DNA of 64,000 nucleotides from contig CAWDRG010000011.1 of NCBI GenBank assembly GCA_963804645.1, positions 183,466 to 247,465 of the forward strand, given 5' to 3'. A program made the translations under genes and the position numbers. The stretch comes from an uncultured Bacillota bacterium. GTDB lineage: Bacteria > Sysuimicrobiota > Sysuimicrobiia > Sysuimicrobiales > Segetimicrobiaceae. Below, piece by piece: positions 60,787-64,000 of the stretch; position 1 is the first letter of the stretch, and every line of letters starts with the position of its first letter. The notes beneath the pieces are model-generated. The model did no database searches. It worked only from the letters and a program-made list of their open reading frames with translations, and was not told the origin of the DNA.

Positions 60787-60787
60787 G
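59699..60787 (+). CDS. IS630-family DDE transposase
   Basis: [28 protein letters not shown]; stop codon lies in the right end. Confidence 0.95.
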   Translation: MPRGRALAPLTLTVEERDTLEQWLRRRKTAQALARRAAAVLAAANGVSNQDVAAKLHLTPWTVGKWRRRFLAHRLDGLLDEPRPGAPRTIQDADVERVVALTLESAPPDATHWSTRGMARRTGMSQSAVSRIWRAFVLQPHRSDTFKLSRDPLFIEKVRDIVGLYLNPPDQALVVCVDEKSQIQALDRTQPLLPMRPGQIERRTHDYMRHGTTSLFAALEVKSGKLLGQCRQRHRSTEFRAFLRQIETAVPDGLEVHLIMDNYGTHKTPLIHRWMVRHPRFHVHFTPTGATWLNLVERFFAALTEKQLRRGVHRSTRELETAIYHYIDHQNQAPKPFIWTKTADQILASVARFCERTFDSGH

Positions 60788-62254
60788 TATTACAAAGTCA
60801 CATTACCAGCAGGACTTTGGCTACGCCTGTGGAATGGAGATAGCGAGCTCAGCATATATCGCACCTCTCGTCGCAGCAGACGTCGTTGCCGCGGGTGTCG
60901 CCGATGGTCACTTCGCCGCCCTTCACCGATCCCGCCCTGCGCCAGCGTTTCGTCGAGTACGTGACAGCCGTCCTCCCGGACCTGGGCCGCAAGGATCGCC
61001 AGCCGTGGGCGGAGGCCTATGTGCGCGGGTTGCTGCTCGAAGGCGAGCGCAAGTCCATCGAGCCCATGGCCAAGCGGTTGCCCGACGGGAATGTCCAAGC
61101 CTTGCAGCACTTTATTGGAAAGAGCCCGTGGCCCTATGCGCCGGTCCGCCAACGGGTGGCGGGCGTGCTGTGTCCGGACATGGGCCCGGGGCTGTGGATC
61201 GTGGATGAGACCGGCTTCCCCAAGCAAGGCACGCAGTCCGTCGGCGTGGCGCGGCAATACTCGGGGACGTTGGGCAAAGTCGCCAACTGCCAGGTGGCGG
61301 TCAGCCTGCATCACGCCACCGCGACGGCGAGTCTGCCTGTGGATTGGGCGCTGTTTCTGCCGGAGGAGTGGACGCAGGATCCGGATCGCTGTGCGGCCGC
61401 GGGCGTCCCCGGGCCCGTCCACCACCAGCCCAAGTGGCGCCTGGCCCTCGACCTGATTGATCATGCCCGCACCTGGGGCCTGGCCGATCAACGGGTGATT
61501 GCCGACGCTGGCTACGGCACGATCGCGGAATTCCGGGCCGGGTTGCGGGCGCGGCACTTGCCTTATGCTGTGGGCGTCGAATCGGGCACCGGCGTGTGGA
61601 CACGCCGACCCCGACGGCGCCGACGGCCCAACCCCGGACGCGGACGACCACCCACGCGCTGGGACTACGGCGGCCAACGGCCGCCCAGTGTGGGGGACGT
61701 GGCCCGCGCGCTGCCGGCCGCCGCGTACCACACCGTGACGTGGCGGGAAGGGAGCAAAGGGAAACTCACGTCGCGCTTCGCCCGGGTCCGAGTGTGGCCC
61801 TCCCACGGGTACCACGCAGGCAAGCCGCCGGAAGACGAGCAATGGCTGCTCATTGCATGGCCCGCGGACGCCGCCCAACCGACGAAGTACTGGCTCGCCA
61901 CCGCCCCACAGCGCATCTCGTTGGTTCAACTGGTCCGCTGGGCCAAGGCGCGCTGGCGGGTCGAGCAAGATTACGCGCAACTCAAGGATGACCTCGGGCT
62001 CGATCACTTCGAAGGCCGCCGCTGGCTGGGCTGGCACCATCACGTCACCATGACGACGATGGCCTACGGGTTCTTGATCCGGGAGCAACTCCGGCACCGC
62101 GTCGGAAGGGGAAAAAAACGGCGCGCGTCCCCACGATCCCCCAGGTCCGCGCGGAACTCCAGTACCTCCTGAAAACGTGGACAGGATACTGCATCGTGTG
62201 CGGCCAACTCGTCCCCGGCGCGATCAAAGATGACTCATCCTAGACATGACATAG
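60784..62254 (+). mobile_element. IS701-family element; right IR interrupted by the group II intron
   Basis: Left end CTAGTATTACAAAGTCA; right inner end TGACATAG abuts the intron 3' end. Confidence 0.8.
60904..62172 (+). CDS. IS701-family DDE transposase
   Basis: VDETGFPKQG..SVGVARQYSG.LGKVANCQ, ADAGYG, RWRVEQDY, GLDHFEGR.W.GWHHH. Confidence 0.95.
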   Translation: MVTSPPFTDPALRQRFVEYVTAVLPDLGRKDRQPWAEAYVRGLLLEGERKSIEPMAKRLPDGNVQALQHFIGKSPWPYAPVRQRVAGVLCPDMGPGLWIVDETGFPKQGTQSVGVARQYSGTLGKVANCQVAVSLHHATATASLPVDWALFLPEEWTQDPDRCAAAGVPGPVHHQPKWRLALDLIDHARTWGLADQRVIADAGYGTIAEFRAGLRARHLPYAVGVESGTGVWTRRPRRRRRPNPGRGRPPTRWDYGGQRPPSVGDVARALPAAAYHTVTWREGSKGKLTSRFARVRVWPSHGYHAGKPPEDEQWLLIAWPADAAQPTKYWLATAPQRISLVQLVRWAKARWRVEQDYAQLKDDLGLDHFEGRRWLGWHHHVTMTTMAYGFLIREQLRHRVGRGKKRRASPRSPRSARNSSTS

Positions 62255-64000
62255 GTCGAGTAGGACCAGCGATCGCTCGCTGGGACCCCTCTGCCGAACG
62301 GCTCGTACGGATCTCCCGTAAGCCGCTCTACCCCATGCCGACTCGTGAGTCATCAGGAATATATCCGAAGAGAGTGGAGCCCCAGACGGCGGTAGAAGAA
62401 TGTTTCAGAGTATCGCCGCCAGTTCGCCGTGCGCCAGCGTTTGGCCATGAAGGCCCGCAGCCTCCGAAGGATCCAGCGGTCCAGCGGCCTCCCGATCCGT
62501 CGCAAGTCGCCAATCCGGAAGAATCGTCCCCAACCGCGGAGCACTGGATTTAGCAGCGCCACGATCTCGTCCGCCCGACGCGGTTGGTTACGCCGCGTAA
62601 GATGACGGACCTTGTCCCGGAGCCGCTGTATTGCTCGCGCCCGTGGCTGTAGGTGCAGTCCCTCCTCATCGCGCCAGAAGCGGAATCCAAGGAACTCAAA
62701 TCCTTCCGTAATGTGAACGACCCGCGTCTTCGCAGGATGCAGTCGCAGTCCCAACTGCCCCTCCAGAATCTGGTGGACCTGCTCCAAGGCCGCCTCGGCG
62801 TCCTCGCGCGTTCGGCACACGATGACACTGTCATCAGCATACCGGACCGCGCGATGTCCTGCCGCGAGCATCTGATGATCGAAGGTGTTCAGAAACGCAT
62901 TACTGAGCAGCGGCGAAACTACACCCCCTTGCGGGGTGCCCGCTACCAGGGTACGCTTCTTGCCCTCCTCCATCACCCCGGCCTGGAGAAACGCCTGCAC
63001 GAGCCGGAGAATCCGCCCATCCGCCACCACCTCGGCGACTGCGGCCAGCAGCCGCGCATGGGACGCGGTGTCGAAAAACTGTTCAATATCGATTTCGACA
63101 ATCCACTCGCCCCCGTGATGCAGGCTCGCCATCACATCGCCAATGGCCTGATGCGCTGACCGTCCTGGACGAAACCCGTAACTGGTCTCCGCAAACCGCG
63201 GCTCAAAGTGCGGTTCCAGCCGCAGACGCATCGCCTGCGCCACTACGCGATCTCGTACAGCAGGGATCGCGAGGCCGCGACGACGTCCATCGGGTTTGGG
63301 AATGTAGACGCGACGCCCGGGCTGGGGCACATAGGCATCGTCCTTGAGGGCCGCCTGGAGTCCTTGCAACTCCTCATCCAAGTGTGCCTCAAATGCCTCA
63401 AGGCTCTGACCATCCACGCCCCACGTCCCGTGGTTCGCCTTGACCAGCGTCCAGGCCCGCCGCAGATTCGGCAGGTACCAGACCTTGTCGATGAGCGAGC
63501 CGACCTTGATCGGATGCACGTCCTCCGCCACTCCTCCTCCATCCTGACCAGAGTCCTGTTGGTCGGGGTCTGCACCGGTCGCGGCTCGGGAGCTGCTCAT
63601 GACAGAGATCCCTTACCCCGCGCTCGTCAAGCCGATCCCGCCTTCAGGCCACCAAGCATGGAGCGGGTCCCTTCGCTCTGCCAGGTTTCCCTGACCTCAT
63701 CGCTACGTCTGGACCCGTCCGACTCCTGAACGTGCATCGGGTTGGCTTTTCCCCTTCCGGGTTATACCGTCCCTACCTGTCCGCGCAGGACCGAACCCTA
63801 CTCGCGACAGGACACGCTCAGGCCTCCCCGGGTCATGCTGCTCTCTGTCCCACCATGCTGCCCGCACCCACGACTGATCCCCCCTGGTCTTCTCTGGATG
63901 CCCCTTCCTCCAGTACTAGCAGAGTCGGGCCTCCAGGGGTTCGCGCCGACCGGTTCGCCTGGCTTCGACAGCCTCGGCTGCGGCCTGGTGGTTTGCCTCA
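62255..64000 (-). mobile_element. Group II intron (IIB-like, AGC triad); 5' end beyond window
   Basis: Domain V GAGCGGCUUACGGGAGAUCCGUACGAGCCGUUC (62296-62328), domain VI hairpin, terminal ...CUACUCGAC; DI-DIII-like sequence upstream of the ORF. Confidence 0.92.
62353..63600 (-). CDS. ltrA: Group II intron reverse transcriptase/maturase, no endonuclease domain
   Basis: GVDG, IPKPDG.R.L.IP..RDR, SYGFRPGR, GTPQGG..SPLL, YADD, LNPVLRGW; start uncertain. Confidence 0.95.
   Translation of the reverse strand: MSSSRAATGADPDQQDSGQDGGGVAEDVHPIKVGSLIDKVWYLPNLRRAWTLVKANHGTWGVDGQSLEAFEAHLDEELQGLQAALKDDAYVPQPGRRVYIPKPDGRRRGLAIPAVRDRVVAQAMRLRLEPHFEPRFAETSYGFRPGRSAHQAIGDVMASLHHGGEWIVEIDIEQFFDTASHARLLAAVAEVVADGRILRLVQAFLQAGVMEEGKKRTLVAGTPQGGVVSPLLSNAFLNTFDHQMLAAGHRAVRYADDSVIVCRTREDAEAALEQVHQILEGQLGLRLHPAKTRVVHITEGFEFLGFRFWRDEEGLHLQPRARAIQRLRDKVRHLTRRNQPRRADEIVALLNPVLRGWGRFFRIGDLRRIGRPLDRWILRRLRAFMAKRWRTANWRRYSETFFYRRLGLHSLRIYS

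Noticed and set aside
62353..63600. RT as retron, DGR or CRISPR-associated RT
   Set aside because: It has a maturase domain and adjoining domains V/VI, diagnostic of a group II intron; the HlyD repeat shows no adenine-specific variation.

Overview
High-GC bacterial window with three parts. (1) ~4-48 kb is a hypoxia/anaerobic-respiration island. It holds five Tat-exported DMSO-reductase-family molybdoenzymes without an Fe-S motif (TorA/BisC/DorA type), one TorD chaperone, a stand-alone TorC-like monoheme cytochrome, four USPs, four CBS(+/-BON) proteins, Hsp20, a YbhFGSR-like ABC exporter with two HlyD paralogues, a GNAT-acyl-CoA ligase, pfkA, adk-like, acnA and glgP. An orphan NarL/NreC-like regulator and an orphan Cys-rich GAF histidine kinase sit 25 kb apart inside it. 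The intergenic DNA carries a recurring palindrome, ATC(G/C)G-N8-CCGAT, 22 (+/-1) bp upstream of a -10 hexamer at 14 promoters, i.e. a readable regulon. (2) ~48.5-58.5 kb holds a GH2 hexuronidase/sugar-ABC operon, a thioesterase and secreted proteins. (3) ~58.7-64 kb is a mobile-element nest: an IS21 remnant, an ASCH gene broken by IS701, IS630 in the CTAG junction, and a group II intron inserted in the IS701 right inverted repeat whose candidate EBS1 loop matches the IS701 terminal sequence. Several single-base indels at 40.9-55.1 kb look like assembly errors. All calls come from motif reading; no database searches were run.
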